Shown: positions 15,001-30,000 of the stretch, piece after piece
Layout: every line of letters starts with the position of its first letter
Numbering within the stretch: the stretch's first letter is position 1
Origin: Eledone cirrhosa
Taxonomy: Eukaryota
DNA length: 64,000 nt
Reading direction: 5' to 3'
Assembly (NCBI GenBank): GCA_964016885.1
Contig: OZ024743.1
Span: forward strand, 306,466,001-306,530,000
Position numbers and translations under genes: made by a program
The notes under the pieces: generated by a model
What the model saw: only the letters and a program-made list of their open reading frames with translations
Database searches by the model: none
What the model was told of the DNA's origin: nothing

Positions 15001-18000
15001 TGGTAGTGTTGGTGGTAGTGATGGTGGTAGTGTTGGTGGTAGTGAGGGTGGCAGTGATTGTGGTAGTGATGGTAGTGTTGGTGGTAGTGTTGGTGGTAGT
15101 GTTGGTGGTAATGATGGTGGTATTGATGGTAGTGTTGGTGGTAGTATTGGTGGTAGTGATGGTGGTAGTGATGGTAGTGTTGGTGGTAGTGATGGTGGTA
15201 GTGTTGGTGGTAGTGATGGTGGCAGTGATTGTGGTAGTGATGGTAGTGTTGGTGGTAGTGTTGGTGGTAGTGTTGGTGGTAATGATGGTTAGTAGTGATG
15301 GTGGTAGTGATGGTGGTAGTGATGGTGGTAGTGACGGTGGTAGTGTTGGTGGTAGTGTTGGTGGTAGTGTTGGTGGTAGTGATGGTTAGTAGTGATGGTG
15401 GTAGTGATGGTGGTAGTGATGGTGGTAGTGTTGGTGGTAGTGTTGGTGGTAGTGTTGGTTGTAGTGATGGTTAGTAGTGATGGTGGTAGTGACGGTGGTA
15501 GTGACGGTGGTAGTGACGGTGGTAGTGTTGGTGGTAGTGTTGGTGGTAGTGATGGTGGTAGTGATGGTGGTAGTGATGGTGGTAGTGATGGTAGTGGTGT
15601 TGGTAGTGATCGTGGTAGTGATGGTGGTATTGGTGGTAGTGATGGTGGTAGTGTTGGTGGTAGTGTTGGTGGTAGTGATGATGGTAGTGATGGTGCTAGT
15701 GATGGTAGTGTTGGTGGTAGTGTTGGTGGTAGTGATGCTTGTAATGATGGTGTTAGTGATGGTGGTAGTGATGGTGGTAGTGTTGGTGGTAGTGATGGTG
15801 GTAGTGTTGGTGGTAGTGATGGTGGTAGTGTTGATGGTAGTGATGGTAGTAGTGATGGTGGTAGTGTTGGTGATATTGACGATGGTAGTGATGGAGGTAG
15901 TGTTGGTAGTGTTGGTGGTAGTGTTGGTGGTAATGTTGGTGGTAGTGATGGTGGTAGCGATGGTAGTGTTGGTGGTAGTGATAGTTGTAGTGTTGGTGGC
16001 AGTGATGGTGGTAGTGTTGGTGCTAGTGATGGTGGTAATGATGGTAGTATTGGTGGTAGTGTTGGTGGTAGTGTTGGTGGTAGTATTGGTGGTAGTGATG
16101 GTGGTAGTGATGGTAGTGTTGGTGCTAGTGTTGCTGGTAGTGACGGTGGTAGTGATGATGGTAGTGATGGTGGTAGTGATGGTAGTGTTGGTGGTAGTGT
16201 TGGTGGTAGTGTTGGTGGTAATGATGGTGGTAGTATTGGTGGTAGTGATGGTGGTAGTGATGGTGGTAGTGTTGGTGGTAGTGTTGGTGGTAGTATTGGT
16301 GCTAGTGATGGTGGTAGTGATGGTGGTAGTGATGGTGGTAGTGTTGGTGGTAGTGTTGGTGGTAGTGTTGGTGGTAGTGGTGGTGGTATTGATGGTGGTA
16401 TTGATGGTGGTAGTGATGGTGGTAGTGATGGTATAGTTGGTGGTAATGATGGTGGTCGTGATGGTGGTATTGGTGGTAGTGATGGTGGTATTCATGATGG
16501 TAGTGTTGGTAGTGTTGGTGGTAGTGTTGGTGGTAGTGATGGTGGTATTGATGATGGTGTTGGTGGTAGTGATGGTGGTATTGATGATGGTGTTGGTGGT
16601 AGTGTTGGTAGTATTGATGATGGTAGTGTTGGTAGTATTGGTGGTAGTATTGGTGATAGAGTTGGTGGTACTGATGTTGGTAGTGATAGTAGTGTTGGTG
16701 GGAGTGTTGGTGGTAGTGATGGTGGTAGTGATGGTGGTAGTGATGGTGGTAGTGATGGTGGTAGTGATGGTGGTAGTGTTGGTGGTAGTGTTGGTGGTAA
16801 TACTGGTGGTAGTGATGGTGGTAGTGATGGTGGTAGTGATGGTGGTAGTGTTGGTGGTAGTGTTGGTGGTAGTATTGGTGGTAGTGATGGTGGTAGTGAT
16901 GGTGGTAGTGTTGGTGGTAGTGTTGGTGGTAGTGTTGGTGGTAGTGATGGTAGTCGTGATGGTGGTAGTGATGGTGGTACTGATGGTGGTAGTGACGGTG
17001 GTAGTGTTGGTGGTAGTGTTGGTGGTAGTGATGGTGGTAGTGATGGTGGTAGTGAGATGGTGGTAGTGATGGTAGTGGTGTTGGTAGTGATCGTGGTAGT
17101 GATGGTGGTATTGGTGGTAGTGATGGTGGTAGTGTTGGTGGTAGTGTTGGTGGTAATGATGGTGATAGTGATGGTGGTAGTGTTGGTGGTAGTGTTGGTG
17201 GTAGTGATGGTGGTATTGATGGTGATGTTGGTGGTAGTGATGGTAGTATTGGTGGTAGTGATGGTGCTAGTGTTGTTGGTAGTGATGGTGGTATTGATGG
17301 TGGTGTTGGTGGTAGTGATGGTGGTATTGATGATGCTAGTGTAGGTAGTGTTGGTGGTAGTGTTGGTTGTAGTGATGGTGGTAGTGATGGTAGTGTTGGT
17401 GGTAGTGATGGTGGTAGTGATGGTAGTGTTGGTGGTAGTGTTGGTGGTAGTGTTGTTGGTAGTGTTGGTGGTTGTGTTGTTGGTAGTGATGCTGGTAGTG
17501 ATGGTGGTAGTGATGGTAGTGTAGGTGGTAGTGTTGGTGGTAGTGTTGGTGGTAGTGATGGTGGTAGTGATGGTAGTGTTTGTGGTGTGTGATGGTGAGA
17601 GAGATGATGGTAGTGATGGTGGTAGTGTTGGTGGTAGTGATGGTGCTAGTGATGGTGGTAGTGTTGGTGGTAGTGATGGTGGTAGTGATGGTGGTAGTGA
17701 TTGTGGTAATGTTGATGGTAGTGATGGTGGTAGTGATGGTGGTAGTGATGGTGGTAGTCATGGTGGTATTGGTGGTAGTGTTGGTGGTAGTGTTGGTGGT
17801 AGTGATGGTGGTGGTGATGGTGGTCGTGATGGTGGTAGTGATGGTGGTAGTGATGGTAGTGTTGGAGGTAGTGATGATGTTAGTGATGGTGGTAGTGATG
17901 GTGCTAGTGATGGGGTAGTGTTGGTGGTAGTGATGGTGGCAGTGATGGTGGTAGTGATGGTAGTGTTGATGGTAGTGATGGTGGTAGTGTTGGTGGTAGT

Positions 18001-21000
18001 GATGGTGGTAGTGATGGTGGTAGTGTTGGTGGTAGTGATGATGGTAGTGATGGTGGTAGTGTTGGTAGTGTTGGTGGTTGTGTTGGTGGTAGTGTTGGTG
18101 GTAGTGATGGTGGTAGTGATGGTAGTGTTGGTGCTAGTGTTGGTGGTAGTGATGGTGGTAGTGATGATGGTAGTGATGGTGGTAGTATTGTTGGTAGTGA
18201 TGGTGGTAATGATGGTGGTAGTGTTGGTGGTAATGTTGGTGGTAGTATTGGTGGTAGTGATGGTGGTAGTGATGGTGGAGGTGATGGTGGTAGTGTTGGT
18301 GGTAGTGTTGGTGGTAGTATTGGTGGTAGTGATGGTGGTAGTGATGGTGGTAGTGTTGGTGGTAGTGTTGGTGGTAGTGTTGGTGGTAGTGATGGTTAGT
18401 AGTGATGGTGGTAGTGATGGTGGTAGTGATGGTGGTAGTGACGGTGGTAGTGTTGGTGGTAGTGTTGGTGGTAGTGATGGTGGTAGTGATGGTGGTAGTG
18501 ATGGTGGTAGTGATGGTAGTGGTGTTGGTAGTGATCGTGGTAGTGATGGTGGTATTGGTGGTAGTGATGGTGGTAGTGTTGGTGGTAGTGTTAGTGGTAG
18601 TGATGGTGATAGTGATGGTGGTAGTGATGGTGGTAGTGTTGGTGGTAGTGTTGGTGGTAGTGTTGGTGGTAGTGTTGGTGGTAGTGATGGTGGTATTGAT
18701 GGTGGTGTTGGTGGTAGTGATGGTAGTGTTGGTGGTAGTGATGGTGGCAGTGATTGTGGTAGTGTTGGTGGTAGTGATGGTGGTAGTGTTGGTGGTAGTG
18801 ATGGTGGCAGTGATTGGGGTAGTGTTGGTGGTAGTGATGGTGGTAGTGTTGGTGGTAGTGATGGTGGCTGTGATGGTAGTGGTGTTGGTAGTGATCGTGG
18901 TAGTGATGGTGGTATTGGTGGTAGTGATGGTGGTAGTGTGGTCGTAGTGTTGGTTGTAGTGATGGTGCTAGTGATGGTAGTGTTGGTGGTAGTGTTGGTG
19001 GTATTGATGGTGGTAGTGATGGTGGTAGTGATGGTGGTAGTGATGATGGTAGTGTTGGTGGTAGTGTTGGTGGTAGTTTTGGTGGTAGTGATGGTGGTAG
19101 TGATGGTGGTAGTGTTGGTGGTAGTGATGGTAGTGTTGGTGGTAGTGATCGTGGCAGTGATGGTGTTATTGGTGGTAGTGTGGTGGTATTGATGGTGGTA
19201 GTGATGGTGGTAGTGATGGTGGTAGTGTTGGTGGTAGTGATGGTGGTAGTGTTGGTGGTAGTGATGATGGTAGTGATGGTGCTAGTGATGGTAGTGTTGA
19301 TGGTAGTGTTGGTGGTAGTGTTGGTGGTAATGATGGTGGTAGTGATGGTAGTGTTGGTGGTAGTGTTGGTGGTAGTGATGGTGGTAGTGATGGTGGTAGT
19401 GTTGGTGGTAATGTTGGTGGTAGTGATGGTGGTGGTGATGGTGGTAGTGATGGTGGTAGTGATGGTGGTAGTGATGGTAGTGTTGGTGGTAGTGATGATG
19501 TTAGTGATAGTGGTAGTGATGGTAGTGTTGGTGGTAGTGATGGTGGTAGTGTTGGTGGTAGTGATGGTGGCAGTGATTGTGGTAGTGTTGGTGGTAGTGA
19601 TGGTGGTAGTGTTGGTGGTAGGATGGTGGCAGTGATTGTGGTAGTGATGGTAGTGTTGGTGGTAGTGTTGGTGGTAGTGTTGGTGGTAATGATGGTGGTA
19701 TTGATGGTAGTGTTGGTGGTAGTATTGGTGGTAGTGATGGTGGTAGTGATGGTAGTGTTGGTGGTAGTGATGGTGGTAGTGTTGGTGGTAGTGATGGTGG
19801 CAGTGATTGTGGTAGTGATGGTAGTGTTGGTGGTAGTGTTGGTGGTAGTGTTGGTGGTAATGATGGTTAGTAGTGATGGTGGTAGTGATGGTGGTAGTGA
19901 TGGTGGTAGTGACGGTGGTAGTGTTGGTGGTAGTGTTGGTGGTAGTGTTGGTGGTAGTGATGGTTAGTAGTGATGGTGGTAGTGATGGTGGTAGTGATGG
20001 TGGTAGTGTTGGTGGTAGTGTTGGTGGTAGTGTTGGTGGTAGTGATGGTTAGTAGTGATGGTGGTAGTGATGGTGGTAGTGACGGTGGTAGTGACGGTGG
20101 TAGTGTTGGTGGTAGTGTTGGTGGTAGTGATGGTGGTAGTGATGGTGGTAGTGATGGTGGTAGTGATGGTAGTGGTGTTGGTAGTGATCGTGGTAGTGAT
20201 GGTGGTATTGGTGGTAGTGATGGTGGTAGTGTTGGTGGTAGTGTTGGTGGTAGTGATGATGGTAGTGATGGTGCTAGTGATGGTAGTGTTGGTGGTAGTG
20301 TTGGTGGTAGTGATGCTTGTAATGATGGTGTTAGTGATGGTGGTAGTGATGGTGGTAGTGTTGGTGGTAGTGATGGTGGTAGTGTGGTGGTAGTGATGGT
20401 GGTAGTGTTGATGGTAGTGATGGTAGTAGTGATGGTGGTAGTGTTGGTGATATTGACGATGGTAGTGATGGAGGTAGTGTTGGTAGTGTTGATGGTAGTG
20501 TTGGTGGTAATGTTGGTGGTAGTGATGGTGGTAGCGATGGTAGTGTTGGTGGTAGTGATAGTTGTAGTGTTGGTGGCAGTGATGGTGGTAGTGTTGGTGC
20601 TAGTGATGGTGGTAATGATGGTAGTATTGGTGGTAGTGTTGGTGGTAGTGTTGGTGGTAGTATTGGTGGTAGTGATGGTGGTAGTGAGGGTAGTGTTGGT
20701 GCTAGTGTTGCTGGTAGTGATGGTGGTAGTGATGATGGTAGTGATGGTGGTAGTGATGGTAGTGTTGGTGGTAGTGTTGGTGGTAGTGTTGGTGGTAATG
20801 ATGGTGGTAGTATTGGTGGTAGTGATGGTGGTAGTGATGGTGGTAGTGTTGGTGGTAGTGTTGGTGGTAGTATTGGTGCTAGTGATGGTGGTAGTGATGG
20901 TGGTAGTGATGGTGGTAGTGTTGGTGGTAGTGTTGGTGGTAGTGTTGGTGGTAGTGGTGGTGGTATTGATGGTGGTATTGATGGTGGTAGTGATGGTGGT

Positions 21001-24000
21001 AGTGATGGTATAGTTGGTGGTAATGATGGTGGTCGTGATGGTGGTATTGGTGGTAGTGATGGTGGTATTCATGATGGTAGTGTTGGTAGTGTTGGTGGTA
21101 GTGTTGGTGGTAGTGATGGTGGTATTGATGATGGTGTTGGTGGTAGTGATGGTGGTATTGATGATGGTGTTGGTGGTAGTGTTGGTAGTATTGATGATGG
21201 TAGTGTTGGTAGTATTGGTGGTAGTATTGGTGATAGAGTTGGTGGTACTGATGTTGGTAGTGATAGTAGTGTTGGTGGGAGTGTTGGTGGTAGTGATGGT
21301 GGTAGTGATGGTGGTAGTGATGGTGGTAGTGATGGTGGTAGTGATGGTGGTAGTGTTGGTGGTAGTGTTGGTGGTAATATTGGTGGTAGTGATGGTGGTA
21401 GTGATGGTGGTAGTGATGGTGGTAGTGTTGGTGGTAGTGTTGGTGGTAGTATTGGTGGTAGTGATGGTGGTAGTGATGGTGGTAGTGTTGGTGTTAGTGT
21501 TGGTGGTAGTGTTGGTGGTAGTGATGGTAGTCGTGATGGTGGTAGTGATGGTGGTAGTGATGGTGGTAGTGACGGTGGTAGTGTTGGTGGTAGTGTTGGT
21601 GGTAGTGATGGTGGTAGTGATGGTGGTAGTGAGATGGTGGTAGTGATGGTAGTGGTGTTGGTAGTGATCGTGGTAGTGATGGTGGTATTGGTGGTAGTGA
21701 TGGTGGTAGTGTTGGTGGTAGTGTTGGTGGTAGTGATGGTGATAGTGATGGTGGTAGTGATGGTGGTAGTGTTGTTGGTAGTGTTGGTGGTAGTGTTGGT
21801 GGTAGTGTTGGTGGTAGTGATGGTGGTATTGATGGTGATGTTGGTGGTAGTGATGGTAGTATTGGTGGTAGTGATGGTGCTAGTGTTGTTGGTAGTGATG
21901 GTGGTATTGATGGTGGTGTTGGTGGTAGTGATGGTGGTATTGATGATGCTAGTGTAGGTAGTGTTGGTGGTAGTGTTGGTTGTAGTGATGGTGGTAGTGA
22001 TGGTAGTGTTGGTGGTAGTGATGGTGGTAGTGATGGTAGTGTTGGTGGTAGTGTTGGTGGTAGTGTTGTTGGTAGTGTTGGTGGTTGTGTTGTTGGTAGT
22101 GATGCTGGTAGTGATGGTGATAGTGATGGTAGTGTAGGTGGTAGTGTTGGTGGTAGTGTTGGTGGTAGTGATGGTGGTAGTGATGGTAGTGTTTGTGGTG
22201 TGTGATGGTGAGAGAGATGATGGTAGTGATGGTGGTAGTGTTGGTGGTAGTGATGGTGCTAGTGATGGTGGTAGTGTTGGTGGTAGTGATGGTGGTAGTG
22301 ATGGTGGTAGTGATTGTGGTAATGTTGATGGTAGTGATGGTGGTAGAGATGGTGGTAGTGATGGTGGTAGTGATGGTGGTATTGGTGGTAGTGTTGGTGG
22401 TAGTGTTGGTGGTAGTGATGGTGGTGGTGATGGTGGTCGTGATGGTGGTAGTGATGGTGGTAGTGATGGTAGTGTTGGAGGTAGTGATGATGTTAGTGAT
22501 GGTGGTAGTGATGGTGCTAGTGATGGGGGTAGTGTTGGTGGTAGTGATGGTGGCAGTGATGGTGGTAGTGATGGTAGTGTTGATGGTAGTGATGGTGGTA
22601 GTGTTGGTGGTAGTGATGGTGGTAGTGATGGTGGTAGTGTTGGTGGTAGTGATGATGGTAGTGATGGTGGTAGTGTTGGTAGTGTTGGTGGTTGTGTTGG
22701 TGGTAGTGTTGGTGGTAGTGATGGTGGTAGTGATGGTAGTGTTGGTGCTAGTGTTGGTGGTAGTGATGGTGGTAGTGATGATGGTAGTGATGGTGGTAGT
22801 ATTGTTGGTAGTGATGGTGGTAATGATGGTGGTAGTGTTGGTGGTAGTGTTGGTGGTAGTATTGGTGGTAGTGATGGTGGTAGTGATGGTGGTAGTGTTG
22901 GTGGTAGTGATGGTGGTAGTATTGTTGGTAGTGATAGTGGTAGTGATGGTGGTAGTGTTGTTGGTAGTGTTGGTGGTAGTGTTGGTGGTAGTGTTGGTGT
23001 TAGTGATGGTGGTAACGATGCTAGTGTTGGTGGTAGTGTTGGTGGTAGTGGTGGTGCTAGTGATGGTGGTAGTGATGGTGGTACTGATGGTAGTGTTGTT
23101 GGTAGTGATCGTGGTAATGATGGTGGTATTTGTGGTAGTGATGGTGGTATTGATGATGGTAATGTTGGTAGTGTTGGTGGTAGTGATGGTGGTAGTGATG
23201 GTGGTAGTGATGGTGGTAGTGATGGTGGTAGTGATGGTGGTAGTGATGGTAGTGTTGTTGGTAGTGATTGTGGTAGTGATGGTGGTATTAGTGGTAGTGT
23301 GGTGGTAGTGATGTTGGTAGTGATCGTGGTAGTGATGGTGGCATTAGTGGTAGTGTTGGTGGTAGTGATGTTGGTAGTGATGGTGGTAGTGTTGGTGGTA
23401 GTGTTGGTGGTAGTCTTGGTGGTAGTGTTGGTGGTAGTGATGGTGGTAGTGATGGTAGTGTTGGTGGTAGTGTTTGTGGTAGTGATGGTGGTAGTGATGG
23501 TGGTAGTGATGGTGGTAGTGATGGTGGTAGTGTTGGTGGTAGTGTTGGTGGTAGTATTGGTGGTAGTGATGATGGTAGTGATGGTGGTAGTATTGTTGGT
23601 AGTGATGGTGGTAATGATGGTGGTAGTGTTGGTGGTAGTGTTGGTGGTAGTATTGGTGGTAGTGATGGTGGTAGTGATGGTGGAGGTGATGGTGGTAGTG
23701 TTGGTGGTAGTGTTGGTGGTAGTATTGGTGGTAGTGTTGGTGGTAGTGATGTTGGTAGTGATGGTGGTAGTGTTGGTGGTAGTGATGGTGGTAGTGATGG
23801 TGGTAGTGTTGGTGGTAGTGATGATGGTAGTGATGGTGGTAGTGTTGGTAGTGTTGGTGGTTGTGTTGGTGGTAGTGTTGGTGGTAGTGATGGTGGTAGT
23901 GATGGTAGTGTTGGTGCTAGTGTTGGTGGTAGTGATGGTGGTAGTGATGATGGTAGTGATGGTGGTAGTATTGTTGGTAGTGATGGTGGTAATGATGGTG

Positions 24001-27000
24001 GTAGTGTTGGTGGTAGTGTTGGTGGTAGTATTGGTGGTAGTGATGGTGGTAGTGATGGTGGAGGTGATGGTGGTAGTGTTGGTGGTAGTGTTGGTGGTAG
24101 TATTGGTGGTAGTGATGGTGGTAGTGATGGTGGTAGTGTTGGTGGTAGTGTTGGTGGTATTGTTGGTGGTAGTGATGGTTAGTAGTGATGGTGGTAGTGA
24201 TGGTGGTAGTGATGGTGGTAGTGACGGTGGTAGTGTTGGTGGTAGTGTTGGTGGTAGTGATGGTGGTAGTGATGGTAGTGGTGTTGGTAGTGATCGTGGT
24301 AGTGATGGTGGTATTGGTGGTAGTGATGGTGGTAGTGTTGGTGGTAGTGATGGTGGTAGTGTTGGTGGTAGTGATGGTGGCAGTGATTGTGGTAGTGTTG
24401 GTGGTAGTGATGGTGGTAGTGATGGTGGTAGTGATGGTGGTATTGATGGTGGTGTTGGTGGTAGTGATGGTAGTGTTGGTGGTAGTGATGGTGGCAGTGA
24501 TTGTGGTAGTGTTGGTGGTAGTGATGGTGGTAGTGTTGGTGGTAGTGATGGTGGCAGTGATTGTGGTAGTGTTGGTGGTAGTGATGGTGGTAGTGTTGGT
24601 GGTAGTGATGGTGGCAGTGATTGTGGTAGTGATGGTAGTGTTGGTGGTAGTGTTGGTGGTAGTGTTGGTGGTAATGATGGTGGTATTGATGGTAGTGTTG
24701 GTGGTAGTATTGGTGGTAGTGATGGTGGTGGTGATGGTGGTAGTGATGGTGGTAGTGATGGTAGTGTTGGTGGTAGTGATGGTGGTAGTGTTGGTGGTAG
24801 AGATGGTGGCAGTGATTGTGGTAGTGATGGTAGTGTTGGTGGTTGTGTTGGTGGTAGTGTTGGTGGTAATGATGGTTAGTAGTGATGGTGGTAGTGATGG
24901 TGGTAGTGATGGTGGTAGTGACGGTGGTAGTGTTGGTGCTAGTGTTGGTGTTAGTGTTGGTGGTAGTGATGGTTAGTAGTGATGGTGGTAGTGATGGTGG
25001 TAGTGATGGTGGTAGTGTTGGTGGTAGTGTTGGTGGTAGTGTTGGTGGTAGTGATGGTTAGTAGTGATGGTGGTAGTGATGGTGGTAGTGATGGTGGTAG
25101 TGACGGTGGTAGTGTTGGTGGTAGTGTTGGTGGTAGTGATGGTGGTAGTGATGGTGGTAGTGATGGTGGTAGTGATGGTAGTGGTGTTGGTAGTGATCGT
25201 GGTAGTGATGGTGGTATTGGTGGTAGTGATGGTGGTAGTGTTGGTGGTAGTGTTGGTGGTAGTGATGATGGTAGTGATGGTGCTAGTGATGGTAGTGTTG
25301 GTGGTAGTGTTGGTGGTAGTGATGGTTGTAATGATGGTGTTAGTGATGGTGGTAGTGATGGTGGTAGTGTTGGTGGTAGTGATGGTGGTAGTGTTGGTGG
25401 TAGTGATGGTGGTAGTGTTGGTGGTTGTGATGGTGGTAGTGATGGTGGTAGTGTTGGTGATATTGACGATGGTAGTGATGGAGGTAGTGTTGGTAGTGTT
25501 GGTGGTAGTGTTGGTGGTAGTATTGGTGGTAGTGATGGTGGTAGTGATGGTGGTAGTGTTGGTGGTAGTGTTGGTGGTAGTGGTGGTGGTAGTGATGGTT
25601 AGTAGTGATGGTGGTAGTGATGGTGGTAGTGATGGTGGTAGTGACGGTGGTAGTGTTGGTGGTAGTGTTGGTGGTAGTGATGGTGGTAGTGATGGTGGTA
25701 GTGATGGTGGTAGTGATGATAGTGGTGTTGGTAGTGATCGTGGTAGTGATGGTGGTATTGGTGGTAGTGATGGTGGTAGTGTTGGTGGTAGTGTTAGTGG
25801 TAGTGATGGTGATAGTGATGGTGGTAGTGATGGGGGTAGTGTTGGTGGTAGTGTTGGTGGTAGTGTTGGTGGTAGTGTTGGTGGTAGTGATGGTGGTATT
25901 GATGGTGGTGTTGGTGGTTGTGATGGTAGTGTTGGTGGTAGTGATGGTGCTAGTGATGGTGGTATTGATGTTGGTATTGATGGTGGTGTTGGTGGTAGTG
26001 ATGGTGGTAGTGATGGTGGTAGTGATGGTAGTGGTGTTGGTAGTGATCGTGGTAGTGATGGTGGTATTGGTGGTAGTGATGGTGGTAGTGTGGTCGTAGT
26101 GTTGGTTGTAGTGATGGTGCTAGTGATGGTAGTGTTGGTGGTAGTGTTGGTGGTATTGATGGTGGTAGTGATGGTGGTAGTGATGGTGGTAGTGATGATG
26201 GTAGTGTTGGTGGTAGTGTTGGTGGTAGTTTTGGTGGTAGTGATGGTGGTAGTGATGGTGGTAGTGTTGGTGGTAGTGATGGTAGTGTTTGTGGTAGTGA
26301 TCGTGGCAGTGATGGTGTTATTGGTGGTAGTGTGGTGGTATTGATGGTGGTAGTGATGGTGGTAGTGATGGTGGTAGTGTTGGTGGTAGTGATTGTGGTA
26401 GTGTTGGTGGTAGTGATGATGGTAGTGATGGTGCTAGTGATGGTAGTGTTGATGGTAGTGTTGGTGGTAGTGTTGGTGGTAATGATGGTGGTAGTGATGG
26501 TAGTGTTGGTGGTAGTGTTGGTGGTAGTGATGGTGGTAGTGATGGTGGTAGTGTTGGTGGTAGTGTTGGTGGTAGTGATGGTGGTGGTGATGGTGGTAGT
26601 GATGGTGGTAGTGATGGTGGTAGTGATGGTAGTGTTGGTGGTAGTGATGATGTTAGTGATAGTGGTAGTGATGGTAGTGTTGGTGGTAGTGATGGTGGTA
26701 GTGTTGGTGGAAGTGATGGTGGCAGTGATTGTGGTAGTGTTGGTGGTAGTGATGGTGGTAGTGTTGGTGGTAGTGATGGTGGCAGTGATTGTGGTAGTGA
26801 TGGTAGTGTTGGTGGTAGTGTTGGTGGTAGTGTTGGTGGTAATGATGGTGGTATTGATGGTAGTGTTGGTGGTAGTATTGGTGGTAGTGATGGTGGTAGT
26901 GATGGTAGTGTTGGTGGTAGTGATGGTGGTAGTGTTGGTGGCAGTGATGGTGGCAGTGATTGTGGTAGTGATGGTAGTGTTGGTGGTAGTGTTGGTGGTA

Positions 27001-30000
27001 GTGTTGGTGGTAATGATGGTTAGTAGTGATGGTGGTAGTGATGGTGGTAGTGATGGTGGTAGTGACGGTGGTAGTGTTGGTGGTAGTGTTGGTGGTAGTG
27101 TTGGTGGTAGTGATGGTTAGTAGTGATGGTGGTAGTGATGGTGGTAGTGATGGTGGTAGTGTTGGTGGTAGTGTTGGTGGTAGTGTTGGTGGTAGTGATG
27201 GTTACTAGTGATGGTGGTAGTGATGGTGGTAGTGACGGTGGTAGTGATGGTGGTAGTGATGGTGGTAGTGATGGTGGTAGTGATGGTAGTGGTGTTGGTA
27301 GTGTTCGTGGTAGTGATGGTGGTATTGGTGGTAGTGATGGTGGTAGTGTTGGTGGTATTGATGTTGGTATTGATGGTGGTGTTGGTGGTAGTGATGGTGG
27401 TAGTGATGGTGGTAGTGATGGTAGTGGTGTTGGTAGTGATCGTAGTGATGGTGGTAGTGATGGTAGTGGTGTTGGTAGTGATGGTAGTGTTGGTGGTAGT
27501 GTTGGTGGTAGTGTTGGTGGTAATGATGGTTAGTAGTGATGGTGGTAGTGATGGTGGTAGTGATGGTGGTAGTGTTGGTGGTAGTGTTGGTGGTAGTGTT
27601 GGTGGTAATGATGGTGGTATTGATGGTAGTGTTGGTGGTAGTATTGGTGGTAGTGATGGTGGTAGTGATGGTAGTGTTGGTGGTAGTGATGGTGGTAGTG
27701 TTGGTGGCAGTGATGGTGGCAGTGATTGTGGTAGTGATGGTAGTGTTGGTGGTAGTGTTGGTGGTAGTGTTGGTGGTAATGATGGTTAGTAGTGATGGTG
27801 GTAGTGATGGTGGTAGTGATGGTGGTAGTGACGGTGGTAGTGTTGGTGGTAGTGTTGGTGGTAGTGTTGGTGGTAGTGATGGTTAGTAGTGATGGTGGTA
27901 GTGATGGTGGTAGTGATGGTGGTAGTGTTGGTGGTAGTGTTGGTGGTAGTGTTGGTGGTAGTGATGGTTACTAGTGATGGTGGTAGTGATGGTGGTAGTG
28001 ACGGTGGTAGTGATGGTGGTAGTGATGGTGGTAGTGATGGTGGTAGTGATGGTAGTGGTGTTGGTAGTGTTCGTGGTAGTGATGGTGGTATTGGTGGTAG
28101 TGATGGTGGTAGTGTTGGTGGTAGTGTTGGTGGTAGTGATGATGGTAGTGATGGTGCTAGTGATGGTAGTGTTGGTGGTAGTGTTGGTGGTAGTGATGCT
28201 TGTAATGATGGTGTTAGTGATGGTGGTAGTGATGGTGGTAGTGTTGGTGGTAGTGATGGTGGTAGTGTTGGTGGTAGTGATGGTGGTAGTGTTGATGGTA
28301 GTGATGGTAGTAGTGATGGTGGTAGTGTTGGTGATATTGACGATGGTAGTGATGGAGGTAGTGTTGGTAGTGTTGGTGGTAGTGTTGGTGGTAATGTTGG
28401 TGGTAGTGATGGTGGTAGCGATGGTAGTGTTGGTGGTAGTGATGGTTGTAGTGTTGGTGGCAGTGATGGTGGTAGTGTTGGTGCTAGTGATGGTGGTAAT
28501 GATGGTAGTATTGGTGGTAGTGTTGGTGGTAGTGTTGGTGGTAGTATTGGTGGTAGTGATGGTGGTAGTGATGGTAGTGTTGGTGCTAGTGTTGCTGGTA
28601 GTGATGGTGGTAGTGATGATGGTAGTGATGGTGGTAGTGATGGTAGTGTTGGTGGTAGTGTTGGTGGTAGTGTTGGTGGTAATGATGGTGGTAGTATTGG
28701 TGGTAGTGATGGTGGTAGTGATGGTGGTAGTGTTGGTGGTAGTGTTGGTGGTAGTATTGGTGCTAGTGATGGTGGTAGTGATGGTGGTAGTGATGGTGGT
28801 AGTGTTGGTGGTAGTGTTGGTGGTAGTGTTGGTGGTAGTGGTGGTGGTATTGATGGTGGTATTGATGGTGGTAGTGATGGTGGTAGTGATGGTATAGTTG
28901 GTGGTAATGATGGTGGTCGTGATGGTGGTATTGGTGGTAGTGATGGTGGTATTCATGACGGTAGTGTTGGTAGTGTTGGTGGTAGTGTTGGTGGTAGTGA
29001 TGGTGGTATTGATGATGGTGTTGGTGGTAGTGATGGTGGTATTGATGATGGTGTTGGTGGTAGTGTTGTTAGTATTGATGATGGTAGTGTTGGTAGTATT
29101 GGTGGTAGTATTGGTGATAGAGTTGGTTGTACTGATGTTGGTAGTGATAGTAGTGTTGGTGGGAGTGTTGGTGGTAGTGATGGTGGTAGTGATGGTGGTA
29201 GTGATGATGGTAGTGATGGTGGTAGTGATGGAGGTAGTGTTGGTGGTAGTGTTGGTGGTAATATTGGTGGTAGTGATGGTGGTAGTGATGGTGGTAGTGA
29301 TGGTGGTAGTGTTGGTGGTAGTGTTGGTGGTAGTATTGGTGGTAGTGATGGTGGTAGTGATGGTGGTAGTGTTGGTGGTAGTGTTGGTGGTAGTGTTGGT
29401 GGTAGTGATGGTAGTCGTGATGGTGGTAGTGATGGTGGTAGTGATGGTGGTAGTGACGGTGGTAGTGTTGGTGGTAGTGTTGGTGGTAGTGATGGTGGTA
29501 GTGATGGTGGTAGTGAGATGGTGGTAGTGATGGTAGTGGTGTTGGTAGTGATCGTGGTAGTGATGGTGGTATTGGTGGTAGTGATGGTGGTAGTGTTGGT
29601 GGTAGTGTTGGTGGTAGTGATGGTGATAGTGATGGTGGTAGTGATGGTGGTAGTGTTGTTGGTAGTGTTGGTGGTAGTGTTGGTGGTAGTGTTGGTGGTA
29701 GTGATGGTGGTATTGATGGTGATGTTGGTGGTAGTGATGGTAGTATTGGTGGTAGTGATGGTGCTAGTGTTGTTGGTAGTGATGGTGGTATTGATGGTGG
29801 TGTTGGTGGTAGTGATGGTGGTATTGATGATGCTAGTGTAGGTAGTGTTGGTGGTAGTGTTGGTTGTAGTGATGGTGGTAGTGATGGTAGTGTTGGTGGT
29901 AGTGATGGTGGTAGTGATGGTAGTGTTGGTGGTAGTGTTGGTGGTAGTGTTGTTGGTAGTGTTGGTGGTTGTGTTGTTGGTAGTGATGCTGGTAGTGATG